DNA of 64,000 nucleotides, taken from Gammaproteobacteria bacterium (GTDB lineage: Bacteria; Pseudomonadota; Gammaproteobacteria; Ga0077536). The position numbers and the translations under genes were made by a program. The stretch is taken from the NCBI GenBank assembly GCA_965278995.1, contig OZ257136.1, positions 133,094 through 197,093 of the forward strand, given 5' to 3'. The notes under the pieces are model-generated. The model saw nothing but the letters and a program-made list of their open reading frames with translations, was not told the DNA's origin and did not search any database. Shown here piece after piece: positions 45,972-55,346 of the stretch (its first letter is position 1; every line of letters begins with the position of its first letter).

Positions 45972-48260
45972 CTATTGTGCCGCTACCTGCGCCGGGATCA
46001 GATCGTGCAGCACGACGTCCGTTGCGACCGCTATTTCGTTGTCGATGAGTGAACCACAACCGGTACAGAAAAACTGGCGGAAAGTCACGGCGTCGTCGAT
46101 GTAACGCGACGGGTCGCCAATCAGCGGATTCGAACTCGAGACCGGATTGTCTTCACGTATACAGTGTATCTTGTAGTTCTCGTGCAGCGGACCGAGATCC
46201 GCTGAACATTTGCCGCAGGCCCAGTAATGACCATCGGCATCGTGTCGTGCATCCAGGCAGCTGCTTGCCTGGAACAACAGCTCACCCGGACGCGACAGTC
46301 CCGCCCCGCCGTTCAAACGGCTCGAGCGAATGCGCGCGCGCTCGACTGCTGTCGCCTCGGCGTCGACCATGCCACCTTCGTCGAGAATGGCACCGTAGAT
46401 GGAGCGTGCTGCAGCCGGTGTGATGGCATAGTCTTCGAGGTCCTGATCGATATCGGCCGCCGCGCGATCGAACGGATCGCCGAAGCCGCCGCCACCTGTC
46501 CAGCGTACCGCGTAAACGTCGGCACCGTTCTGCTGAAAGTTCTCCTGACGCAACTGCAGGATTTCCTCGCGTCCGACGACTTCGCTGGTGTCATTCGGCA
46601 TCGTGCCGGCCGCCATGCGCTCAAAGATGTCGCTGTCGCGAAGGAACATGTAGGCGTTGGTCGTCGACGGATACCCGCCCATCATGCCAGGTGAAGTCGG
46701 CGTTGCGTTGCCGGACGAAAGCGTGTCCTGTGTAATGAAATCGGTATTGTGCGGTATGAAGCAGGATTCTGCCGAGAGACCGCCACGATAGCGCCCGGCA
46801 CCACCCGAATCCGGCAATTCCTTGCGATACAGGAACAGTACGGGGAAGCTCTGCTCGGTGTGCTCGATGTTTGGCAGCTGACATATCGGTGTCCGTGCCT
46901 GCCCGCCGGTATTGATGCCGTCAGCCATGGAGAACGCGCCGATAGCGCCACCTATCGGGTCGACCAGCAGATAACCGTAGCGCTCACCCCATTGATCGAT
47001 GCCACGGAACAGCGTCGCCGGCCACTGGCTGGTGCCACCGATGCACATGATGTCGCGCCTGAGCTCGACATCCGGATAGATCATTTTCGAGATGACGTTG
47101 TAGGCCGGATAGAGCGAGATTTCCATCGATTGTATCGGCGCCGTGGACACAGAGGCAGGAAAATTTGCACAGTTCAGCGTGCCAGGTGTCGGGTCGAACT
47201 CGATATGACGCAACGCGCCGCCACAGGCGAAATACTGATCCCAGCACAATAGCTCGTTGACGGCGACCATGATCGAACCGCGCCAGCCCGAATAGGTCGC
47301 ATTCATCGCGCCTTCCTGCGGTGCCGATCCGTCGTTGTAAAACGTGAGTTTATTCCCTTCCTTTTTCATGCCGAGCACGACGCGATGGGTACGGCGATCG
47401 CCCGGGCGACAAGCTTCGATGTAAGTGCGGTCATACCACTCGCCGTCAGGGACGCGGGACATCTTGTCGAGATAAGATTTCTCGGAATTATCGATCACGC
47501 GTTTCATCACGCCTTTGACGGTTTCGGCGCCATAGCGCTTGATCAGCTCCAGCACCCGATCGCGCGCCGTCGTATTGCCGGCAATCTGTGCGCGGAAATC
47601 GAGAGCGACCAGCTGTGGTTTGCGCGAGGCGCGCAGATATACGGCTTCGATGTCGCGCCGGATCTCGTAGTTCTCGATGATCTTGAGCGGCGGCAGCATG
47701 ATGCCTTCTTCGTAAACCGATTCAGCTGCTGGGCAGAAACTGCCAGGCGTGATGCCACCGATGTCGTACTGGTGCAGGCAATTCGTCACCCAGCAGAACA
47801 GTTCGCCCTCCCAGAATACCGGGCACAGCAGCATGACATCCTGTTGATGCGCGGCACCGACCCATGGATCATTGGCAATGAACATGTCGCCTTCATTGAT
47901 GCCGGGGTTGTCGCTGCGAAACTCCATGGTCCACTTGACCTGAGTGTCGGTCACGCCGGACATGTACTGCATGTAGGGCCCGAAATACACAAACTCGGCG
48001 TCCTCGGTCAGAATCGACGGATTGAGATCGAGTGCATACATCGCAACCGGCGATCCCGAGAGGCGCTGTATCGTTGCACCGTGTTCTTCGTTGATCTGCC
48101 ACAGGTTGTGGCGGATGACTTCATACGTGACCGGATCGACGTTCTCATCCCAGCGCTGATGCAACGTGAGCTTGGGCGAGAGGCGCAGCACTTTCGGCGG
48201 GACATAGGGATTCTCGACGCCATTGAAGTCGACATCGGTCATTTCGCTGATACGTGGCAT
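45972..48260 (-). CDS. Hydantoinase B/acetone-carboxylase-alpha-like subunit fused to an acetone-carboxylase-gamma-like Zn domain
   Basis: DPVTYEV, NDPWVGAAHQQD, HQYDIGG, DSGGAGRYRGG, GGGGFGDP, then C-terminal WACGKC...ENYK...FRQFFCTGCGSLIDNE. Confidence 0.88.
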   Translation of the reverse strand: MPRISEMTDVDFNGVENPYVPPKVLRLSPKLTLHQRWDENVDPVTYEVIRHNLWQINEEHGATIQRLSGSPVAMYALDLNPSILTEDAEFVYFGPYMQYMSGVTDTQVKWTMEFRSDNPGINEGDMFIANDPWVGAAHQQDVMLLCPVFWEGELFCWVTNCLHQYDIGGITPGSFCPAAESVYEEGIMLPPLKIIENYEIRRDIEAVYLRASRKPQLVALDFRAQIAGNTTARDRVLELIKRYGAETVKGVMKRVIDNSEKSYLDKMSRVPDGEWYDRTYIEACRPGDRRTHRVVLGMKKEGNKLTFYNDGSAPQEGAMNATYSGWRGSIMVAVNELLCWDQYFACGGALRHIEFDPTPGTLNCANFPASVSTAPIQSMEISLYPAYNVISKMIYPDVELRRDIMCIGGTSQWPATLFRGIDQWGERYGYLLVDPIGGAIGAFSMADGINTGGQARTPICQLPNIEHTEQSFPVLFLYRKELPDSGGAGRYRGGLSAESCFIPHNTDFITQDTLSSGNATPTSPGMMGGYPSTTNAYMFLRDSDIFERMAAGTMPNDTSEVVGREEILQLRQENFQQNGADVYAVRWTGGGGFGDPFDRAAADIDQDLEDYAITPAAARSIYGAILDEGGMVDAEATAVERARIRSSRLNGGAGLSRPGELLFQASSCLDARHDADGHYWACGKCSADLGPLHENYKIHCIREDNPVSSSNPLIGDPSRYIDDAVTFRQFFCTGCGSLIDNEIAVATDVVLHDLIPAQVAAQ

Positions 48261-48379
48261 GGACTGTCCCCTTTCAGAATGTAGTGTCGGTCTGCGTAAC
48301 GCGATAGTGCCGTAGTTCCGGCCGCGACCTAAGTGCAGTGCTAACCACACAACAGTCGCGACTCAGAACGAGGTGACGT

Positions 48380-48555
48380 CGGGCTGGCCCCTTCCTGGCA
48401 GCGGCTTCGTTGTGGGCCGCAGCAGATAGACTGCTGCTTCGGCTCACGTTACGTCGCCCATCCCTGGTCGACTTCACTTCCGCTCGCACTGCGCTGTACC
48501 ATCCGTGGCCCGCTGGCGCGAGAGGTCGCCTCCGCAGCAGTCTATCTGCCGCTGC
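48380..48555. repeat. Intergenic inverted-repeat element (REP/MITE-like)
   Basis: Perfect 16-bp IR GCAGATAGACTGCTGC (48422-48437) / GCAGCAGTCTATCTGC (48534-48549); related motifs CCTTCCTGG, CCATCCCTGG, CCATCCGTGG. Confidence 0.65.
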
Positions 48556-48611
48556 GAGACGATTGGAAGTATTGGGCATGGTTCAATCTCGGCTTATTCG
48601 GCTTTTGACGA

Positions 48612-50729
48612 TCAATTCCAGTTCGGATCGATCAGAAAGTTGCCCAGTGCGTCGACGGCGATGCGTTGCTGGGGGTGAACGACCATCGAGGTTGTCGTGG
48701 TCTCGACGACGCAGGGGCCGACGATGGCGTTGCCGGGCTTCAATGCGTAGCCGTTGAATATCGGTGTCGGCGCAAGGCGTTTCCACTCGGCCCAGTAGAT
48801 GTCACGGGTGCCGGTCTGCGCGTCGGGTGGAATGACGTCCGTCAGTTCAGTGGCGGCGATGAGTCTGGGTTTGAGCGAGACGGCTGAAGAGCGGCAGCGG
48901 AACGTCACCATTTCCAGGCGCGCACCACGTAGTGCAGCGCCATGGCCGTAGAGCCGTTCATAGCGCGCGACGAAACGTTCGCGAAGGCCGTCGAGGTCGG
49001 TTTGGTCGAGTACGCCACTATCGAGGTCGACTTCGACTTCGTTGATCTGCCCGCGATGGCGCATGTCAATCGAGAAGCGGAAGTGATGGCGAGAGGCATC
49101 GACGCCATCTTCGAGCAGATGCGCACGGCCTTTGTCGTAGAGGCTGGTCAGCATCGCGTTCACTTTTGGTAGTTCGAACGGCGAGGACATGATGTTGACC
49201 TGTTCATCGACGTGCAGGATGTCGGCCGAAGCGGCGCCGAAAGCGCACCAGACAGCAGCTGTGTCGCCTTGCGGAACAATGACTTTGGCGACTCCGAGTT
49301 CGCGCGCCGCGACACCCATGTGTACCGGGCCCGCGCCGCCAAAGGCGTAGACGACGAACTCGCGCGGATCGAGGCCTTTGGTCACGGTCATCTTGCGGAT
49401 GAGATCGGCCATCTGGAATTCCGCGATGGTCGCCACACCGCTCGCCAGTTCGTAGACACTCATGCCGATCTCGTCGGCCAGCAGCTGCAGCGCTGCCACC
49501 GACGCGGCGCGGTCGAGCTTGATGGTGCCGCCAGCGAAGTTATTTGGATCGAGATAGCCAAGGACAAGGTCGGCGTCGGTCGTTGTTGGTACGGTGCCGC
49601 CTTTGCCATAGCAGACCGGACCCGGATCGGCCCCGGCACTGTCTGGTCCGACGCGCAGACTGCGCGTGGTTTTGTCGATGCGGACTTTGCTACCGCCGCC
49701 AGTGCCGAGTGTCTGCACGTCGACTTTCGGCAGAAAATATTCGTACTGATGCACGAGGCTCTTGTAGGAAACAATAGGCGCGCTATTGTGAATGACGCCG
49801 ACGTCGAATGACGTGCCGCCGAGATCGGTCGTAATGATGTTCGGGGTATTCATCAGCTGGCCGAGAAAGACCGAACCGGTGACACCGGCAACCGGGCCGG
49901 AGTCGAGGGTCAGCAGCGGCGCTTCCTGCGCTTTGCGCACGGTGATCGTGCCACCGGCGCACTGTGTGATCTGCAGCGGTGGTTTGAGGCCGGTTTCCTT
50001 CAGTTGGCGATCGAGTCGCGTCACATAACCAACAGTGACCGGGCCGATGTAGGCATTCAACGCGACTGCCGTGGTCCGTTCGTATTCGCCCCACTTGGGC
50101 GCGAGTTCGCTCGAGCACGTGATATAGAGTGCCGGCGCCAGCTCCAGGGCAAGCGCTTTGATGCGGAGTTCGTGTTTCGGCTCGAGAAACGACCACAGGC
50201 AGCAGATGGCAAGCGCCTCGCAACCGGCATCGCGCAGTTCGATGATCGCCTGGCGCGCTTCGTCCTCGTTGAGCTCAACGACAACTTTGCCAAAACAGTC
50301 GACTCGCTCCGAGACACCTCGGATGAGACGTTTCGGGATCAGCGGTTCCGGTTTGCTGCTTTCCGGAATGTGCACGATCAGCTTGATGTCCTGGCCGGCC
50401 AGCCCACGCGAGCCGCGCATGATATGAATGACGTCATTATGGCCTTTGGTCGTGATCAGGCCGACTTTGGCGCCGCGGCGCTGAATGATCGTATTGGTGC
50501 CGACCGTCGTACCGTGCGCGAGCACCGTGATTGAATCGAGCAATTGCGGCAGATCCATGCCGATTTTTTTCGCGGCGCGTGAGATGGCCTCGATCACACC
50601 TTCGGCGAAGTTAGCTGGTGTCGAAGGTGCCTTGGCGATGGTCAATTGACCGCTGTCGTCCATCAGCACGCAATCGGTAAATGTACCGCCTATATCGAGG
50701 CCACAAAGGTAGGAACTCAAGACTGTCAT
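48612..50729 (-). CDS. Hydantoinase/oxoprolinase subunit A (acetone-carboxylase-beta-like)
   Basis: GLDIGGTFTD, HGTTVGTN, DSGPVAGV, DLGGTSFD, GTGGGS, FGGAGPVH. Confidence 0.93.
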   Translation of the reverse strand: MTVLSSYLCGLDIGGTFTDCVLMDDSGQLTIAKAPSTPANFAEGVIEAISRAAKKIGMDLPQLLDSITVLAHGTTVGTNTIIQRRGAKVGLITTKGHNDVIHIMRGSRGLAGQDIKLIVHIPESSKPEPLIPKRLIRGVSERVDCFGKVVVELNEDEARQAIIELRDAGCEALAICCLWSFLEPKHELRIKALALELAPALYITCSSELAPKWGEYERTTAVALNAYIGPVTVGYVTRLDRQLKETGLKPPLQITQCAGGTITVRKAQEAPLLTLDSGPVAGVTGSVFLGQLMNTPNIITTDLGGTSFDVGVIHNSAPIVSYKSLVHQYEYFLPKVDVQTLGTGGGSKVRIDKTTRSLRVGPDSAGADPGPVCYGKGGTVPTTTDADLVLGYLDPNNFAGGTIKLDRAASVAALQLLADEIGMSVYELASGVATIAEFQMADLIRKMTVTKGLDPREFVVYAFGGAGPVHMGVAARELGVAKVIVPQGDTAAVWCAFGAASADILHVDEQVNIMSSPFELPKVNAMLTSLYDKGRAHLLEDGVDASRHHFRFSIDMRHRGQINEVEVDLDSGVLDQTDLDGLRERFVARYERLYGHGAALRGARLEMVTFRCRSSAVSLKPRLIAATELTDVIPPDAQTGTRDIYWAEWKRLAPTPIFNGYALKPGNAIVGPCVVETTTTSMVVHPQQRIAVDALGNFLIDPNWN

Positions 50730-50778
50730 CTCCCCCGGCTCGCCGCGACTTTCCTGCAGCGGCGGAATCTGTTAATAA

Positions 50779-50801
50779 TCGAATGTTCATTCAAAATTAT
50801 A
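50779..50801 (-). promoter_or_regulatory. -10 box with adjacent palindromic operator candidate
   Basis: Minus-strand TATAAT (50801-50796) followed by near-palindrome TTGAATGAACATTCGA (50794-50779) in an AT-rich gap. Confidence 0.5.
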
Positions 50802-50907
50802 CATCTCCTGCCAGCTGCTATGACCATTGCGTTTGCCCGCAATGGCGGTACCGTCGCGATTTGCGACTATGATTGAGCAGCCAGCACTCATTGCCGAGGA
50901 CAGCCCC

Positions 50908-51699
50908 ATGGTCGAGCCGGTACTGCTGCATCAGTTGGACGCACGAGGTGTCATCACGCTGACGCTTAATCGACCTGAAGTGAACAATGCCTACGATATG
51001 GAGATGCTCCGAGCGCTCGGCGATGTGGTCGAGGCACTGGCGGCGTCGCCACGAGTCAGGGTCGTGGTCATTCGCGCCACGGGTGCACATTTTCAGGCGG
51101 GCGCCGATTTGAACTGGTTGGCCAAGGTCGCGCAGATGGATGCCTCGCAGAACCATCTGGCTTCGATCACGACAGCGTTGACGCTGCGCCGGCTGAATCA
51201 ACTCGACAAACCGACCATCGCGCTCGTCCAGGGCGCCTGCATGGGTGGTGGCACCGGGGTCATCGCGTCCTGCGATATCGTGATTGCGGAAAGTACTGCC
51301 CGCTTCGCCATCAGCGAGGCGCGCTGGGGTATGGTGGCGACAATCATTTTTCCGCAACTGATCGGCGCCATCGGCATCCGCCAGCTCCGGCGCTATGCGC
51401 TCACCTGCGAGCGCTTTGACGCAGCGCAGGCGCGAGCTATCGGTCTCGTTCATGAACTCTGTGCGCCTGGTCAGCTCGATGCCGCCGCCGCGCCGATTAT
51501 CGATAGCCTGCTGAGCGTCGCACCTGGCGCCATGACGTTGTCGAAGCGGAGCGCGCTCAAGCAGTCTGATTCTCTGGTCACGGACGCCGAGTTTGCACGT
51601 CTGGTCGACGAGCACGCCACGCAGCGACAATCGGCGGAAGCTGCGGAAGGTCTGGCGAGCTACTTCGAGAAGCGTCCGGCGAACTGGTTTCTGCCATAA
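50908..51699 (+). CDS. Enoyl-CoA hydratase/isomerase (methylglutaconyl-CoA hydratase-like)
   Basis: TLNRPEVNNA, FQAGADL, GACMGGG, FAISEARWG, EGLASYFEKR. Confidence 0.9.
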   Translation: MVEPVLLHQLDARGVITLTLNRPEVNNAYDMEMLRALGDVVEALAASPRVRVVVIRATGAHFQAGADLNWLAKVAQMDASQNHLASITTALTLRRLNQLDKPTIALVQGACMGGGTGVIASCDIVIAESTARFAISEARWGMVATIIFPQLIGAIGIRQLRRYALTCERFDAAQARAIGLVHELCAPGQLDAAAAPIIDSLLSVAPGAMTLSKRSALKQSDSLVTDAEFARLVDEHATQRQSAEAAEGLASYFEKRPANWFLP

Positions 51700-51718
51700 G
51701 CGTGGCCGTCGCATAGGC

Positions 51719-53053
51719 ATGCCGTACTGGCCCGCCTGTTGTGCCGTACCTGAGCGCGACCTGAAGTCCCTGGTGGCAGGGTTTGCCGACTGCGAGCGCC
51801 TGTCGCAGGCGGCTCTGGCTGCCGGCCAACGACGCCAATTGACGCTGCTGCTGCAATGGGCCACCGATAGGGTCCCGTGGTATGCGGGTTGGCGGACTCA
51901 GGTCGAGCAGCTCAGCGCTGCTGTCGAGGACCCGGCGACGTTCTGGTCGCATTGGCGGACTTTGCCAATGCTGACCAAGGCGGACTTGCGTCAGCACGCG
52001 TTGCGGCTGTGCGCGCCGTCCCTTCCACCGTCGCATCATCCGGCCTTGAAAGCGGAAACTTCCGGTTCGACCGGGACACCCATATCACTGCATACGACAC
52101 AGATGACTCGTCGGGTGTGGGAGGCGCTTTCGATCCGCGAGCATCACTGGCAACAGCGTGATTTCGGCAAACGCCTCGGTGTCGTGCGCTATCTGCCGGC
52201 GCTTGCAGACGAGCCACGTGGCGTGCGACTACCGAGCTGGGGTGTGCCGGTCGAAGTGCTGTATTCGTCCGGGCCGGCCTCGGCCATCCATATTGCGCAG
52301 CCGATAGCCGCTATAGCCAGGTGGCTGCAGGCGTTCGATCCACACTATCTGCTGGTGAGCCCGACAGTCGCAGCGGCGGTGCTGGAACAGCTTGGGGAAC
52401 GTCCGCCCGCACTCGAGGAAGTCCGTTTTGCTTTCGAGCCGGTACCGGCCGAGCTCGAGCGCACGCTCGAGCTTCGCTGGGGCGTTCGTTGCAGCGACCT
52501 GTATTCGGCGGGCGAAGTCGGACATATCGCGTTTCGCTGCCGCGAGCAGGCGCGTCTGCACGTGCAGAGCGAGAATGTGCTGGTGGAATTGCTCGACGAC
52601 GATGACCAGCCGACGCCACCGGGCATGCTTGGGCGGGTCATCGTGACGTCGCTGCATAATTTCGCGACGCCCCTGGTCCGCTACGAACTGGGCGACTATG
52701 CCAGCAGTGGCGATGCTTGTGCATGCGGTCGCTCGTCGCCGGTACTGGCAGAGGTTCGTGGTCGCGTCCGTCATCTGGCGCGGCGGCCTGACGGCACGAC
52801 CTATTGGCCCGTGGCACTGAAACGTATCGGTGCTGTCGCCGCGGTGCGCCAGTGTCAGTACGTGCAGACCGGCCTCGATGCCATCGAGATCCGGCTCGTA
52901 CTGGAACGGCCCTTGACGCTGCAGGAGGCGGACCGTGTGTGCGAACTGGCGCGGTTGGCGCTGGGCTATCCCTATCGCATCGAACTGGTGCCAGTGGCGT
53001 CGCTTCCGCCTGGGCCGGGAGGCAAGTTCGAGGAATTCCTGTCGGCGCTTTGA
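51719..53053 (+). CDS. Phenylacetate-CoA ligase (PaaK/CapK)-like adenylate-forming protein
   Basis: LPMLTKADL, TSGSTGTP, YSAGEVG, VTSLHNFATPLVRYELGD, VRGR, GKF. Confidence 0.82.
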   Translation: MPYWPACCAVPERDLKSLVAGFADCERLSQAALAAGQRRQLTLLLQWATDRVPWYAGWRTQVEQLSAAVEDPATFWSHWRTLPMLTKADLRQHALRLCAPSLPPSHHPALKAETSGSTGTPISLHTTQMTRRVWEALSIREHHWQQRDFGKRLGVVRYLPALADEPRGVRLPSWGVPVEVLYSSGPASAIHIAQPIAAIARWLQAFDPHYLLVSPTVAAAVLEQLGERPPALEEVRFAFEPVPAELERTLELRWGVRCSDLYSAGEVGHIAFRCREQARLHVQSENVLVELLDDDDQPTPPGMLGRVIVTSLHNFATPLVRYELGDYASSGDACACGRSSPVLAEVRGRVRHLARRPDGTTYWPVALKRIGAVAAVRQCQYVQTGLDAIEIRLVLERPLTLQEADRVCELARLALGYPYRIELVPVASLPPGPGGKFEEFLSAL

Positions 53054-54474
53054 ATACTTTCGTTGGCACTGAAATGATGTTCGATCGTTCGCGCGTAATA
53101 GTCGATCAAGGCCATCTCAGCAGGATTGATCCGCAGCTGACCATCCTCCGCCAGAAGCAGGTGCCGTATGCACATCATGTGGATCGCGTTGTCGACCGCG
53201 TAGCTGTTGGCGGCATCGAAGATGAGATGTCCGGCGTCGCCTTGGCGCAGCCGATCGAGGCGTTGCTGAATAGCGGCGCGGAGTTCCGCTTCGCTGTAAG
53301 CTTGAGCGGGATTGTCGCGCAGCGTCAGCGCGATCAGGGGCACTGACAACACCGGAATGATCGCGGCGACCTGCGCTGACAATGTCTCCGCAAGATGGGC
53401 AACCTGCACAAAGCGGTCATCCTGGGACCCATCGCGAAAATCGATGCCGCGCTCGCTGCAATACTGACGCAATGACAACGGCCGGCCGAACTGAACCGCA
53501 GCATAGCCAAAGCGGCGCCATCGATTGCGCATCCCCAATGTGAGATTCTTTGATACGAATCCGAGTGTATTGCCGACGGCGACAAGCACACTTGGGCGCC
53601 GTCCGTCGGACCGCGCTTCCAGCAGCAAAGTGCGATCTTCAAGCACGCGGTCGTAGTTGATACCGACCGGAATGAACACCACATCGCGGTCCTGTTTCGG
53701 GTCGAATCCGCGCACCATGTAATCGATGAGGCCGAGTTTCGGCGCGCGCAGGCGACCGTCGCGGCTCAAGCCGCCTTCCGGAAAAACGGCTTGAACAATC
53801 CCTCCTTCAAGAGCCATCTGCACGTAACGGGCGAGGACTTTACGATAGAGTTCGTCGCCCGAACCGCGGCGCACGAAGTAGGCGCCCATCGACCGGATCA
53901 GCTGCTGCACCGGCCATACGCGCGCCCATTCACCAACGGCATAAGAGAGTGCGGCGTGCCTGACGGCCATGTACGAGGCAAGCAGGTAATCCATGTTGCT
54001 GCGATGATTGATGACGAAGACGAGGCTCGATCGCGCTGGAATGCCGAGGAATGCCGCTTTGTCGGCGTAGACCACACGCACCCAGTAGAACAGGCGCACC
54101 AGTCCACGCGAAATCCAGTTGCCGACGCGGAAATACATGTAGGCGTTGAAAGAAGGGCAGATTTCCGTCGCGTACTGGCGGACTCTTTCAATGGCAACGG
54201 ACTGCGGTACGCCTTGCGCCTGAGCCCAATTGCGGGCGACTTCGAGCACAGCCGCATCGTAGATCAGCCGATCAATCAGCACCTGCCGGCGATTGAGTTT
54301 GAACGGTGGCAGTTCCAGGCGCAGTCGACGGTTCATTTCGTCGATCGCCTGATTGACCTTGCGCCGAAAGACCCAACGCACGCTCGGTACGAGAATGCGT
54401 TCGAGCAGCAGCCAGCCGCCCGCGGCGAGCAGCAGCGCAAGCAGCCACACCGGTATCTCGATGGTTTCGGTCAA
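52972..54474 (-). CDS. Glycerol-3-phosphate/phospholipid acyltransferase (PlsB-like)
   Basis: NHRSNMD (HX4D), GAYFVRR, FPEGGLSRDG, PVGINYDRVLE; N-terminal TM. Confidence 0.85.
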   Translation of the reverse strand: MTETIEIPVWLLALLLAAGGWLLLERILVPSVRWVFRRKVNQAIDEMNRRLRLELPPFKLNRRQVLIDRLIYDAAVLEVARNWAQAQGVPQSVAIERVRQYATEICPSFNAYMYFRVGNWISRGLVRLFYWVRVVYADKAAFLGIPARSSLVFVINHRSNMDYLLASYMAVRHAALSYAVGEWARVWPVQQLIRSMGAYFVRRGSGDELYRKVLARYVQMALEGGIVQAVFPEGGLSRDGRLRAPKLGLIDYMVRGFDPKQDRDVVFIPVGINYDRVLEDRTLLLEARSDGRRPSVLVAVGNTLGFVSKNLTLGMRNRWRRFGYAAVQFGRPLSLRQYCSERGIDFRDGSQDDRFVQVAHLAETLSAQVAAIIPVLSVPLIALTLRDNPAQAYSEAELRAAIQQRLDRLRQGDAGHLIFDAANSYAVDNAIHMMCIRHLLLAEDGQLRINPAEMALIDYYARTIEHHFSANESIQSADRNSSNLPPGPGGSDATGTSSMR

Positions 54475-55232
54475 ACGTGCACGACGCAGACTTTCAAGCC
54501 AGGTTTGAGTGCAAACCGCTGTCGATCGATGCGCAGCTGGTGGCGCGCCAGCAGGCGGCCCAGTGTCTGGTTATCGAAATAATACAGATGCTCGGAAGGC
54601 TTGAATTCAGGCCAGGTTTCAAGTTTGCGCGGGACGCGCCAGTGTCCGATGTCGGGCGTGCCGAGATCGAGCACGCCGTGCGGCGCGAGCAGCCGTTTAA
54701 GTTCGGCGACGAAACCGTTCAGATCCGGCACATGCTCGATGACGTCATAAGCGGTGATGGCGGCGAAATGCGCTGAGGGATAGCACTGCTCTTCAAGTAC
54801 GCCGCAGCTCAACCCGGTTAATCCGAGTTGCGTACGGCCGAAAGCAATCCCGCCGGTTTCGATATCGACACCGTAAGCGTCGAATCCCGCTTCTGCAGCC
54901 GCCTTGACCACGAAGCCCGCCGAACAGCCGACATCCAACCAGCGCCCGCGCAGCCCGTACTCGCGCGTGAGTCGGTGCACGCGGCGCCGGCTTCGGCGGA
55001 GTTTCTTGTCGGCTTTGCGCGTATAGCCAGCGCTGTAACCGGCGTCGTAGCGCGCGCGGATCTCGGCGCTGCTGCGGCGCGGATTGATCAGGGTCAAACC
55101 GCAATCGATGCAGCGCACGAACGGTTCGCCAGCTTTGACGAACAGCGGGGCAAAATGTGTACTCTCGCAGATAGGGCAGGCGATTGTCTCCCAGCCGCTG
55201 CGCTCGCTATCCGGCACATTCATGCGTGCCAC
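54471..55232 (-). CDS. Class I SAM-dependent methyltransferase with N-terminal Zn ribbon
   Basis: CPIC...CIDC, LDVGCSAG, DVIEHV, EHLYYF. Confidence 0.88.
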   Translation of the reverse strand: MARMNVPDSERSGWETIACPICESTHFAPLFVKAGEPFVRCIDCGLTLINPRRSSAEIRARYDAGYSAGYTRKADKKLRRSRRRVHRLTREYGLRGRWLDVGCSAGFVVKAAAEAGFDAYGVDIETGGIAFGRTQLGLTGLSCGVLEEQCYPSAHFAAITAYDVIEHVPDLNGFVAELKRLLAPHGVLDLGTPDIGHWRVPRKLETWPEFKPSEHLYYFDNQTLGRLLARHQLRIDRQRFALKPGLKVCVVHV

Positions 55233-55346
55233 CGGTCATGCAGTTCTCGCTTGCGTCGAGGCCAGTGCTCGCCCATTCTGTCGGCGGCGCTGGGCTGCCG
55301 GCGCGGTGGCGGGTTCACAGTTGCAGCGATAACGGGCGGGGGAGCC

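Noticed and set aside
48274-48579. 101-aa ORF as a third (gamma) subunit
   Set aside because: No CxxC pairs, the sequence runs through an inverted repeat, and a gamma-like domain is already fused to the B subunit.
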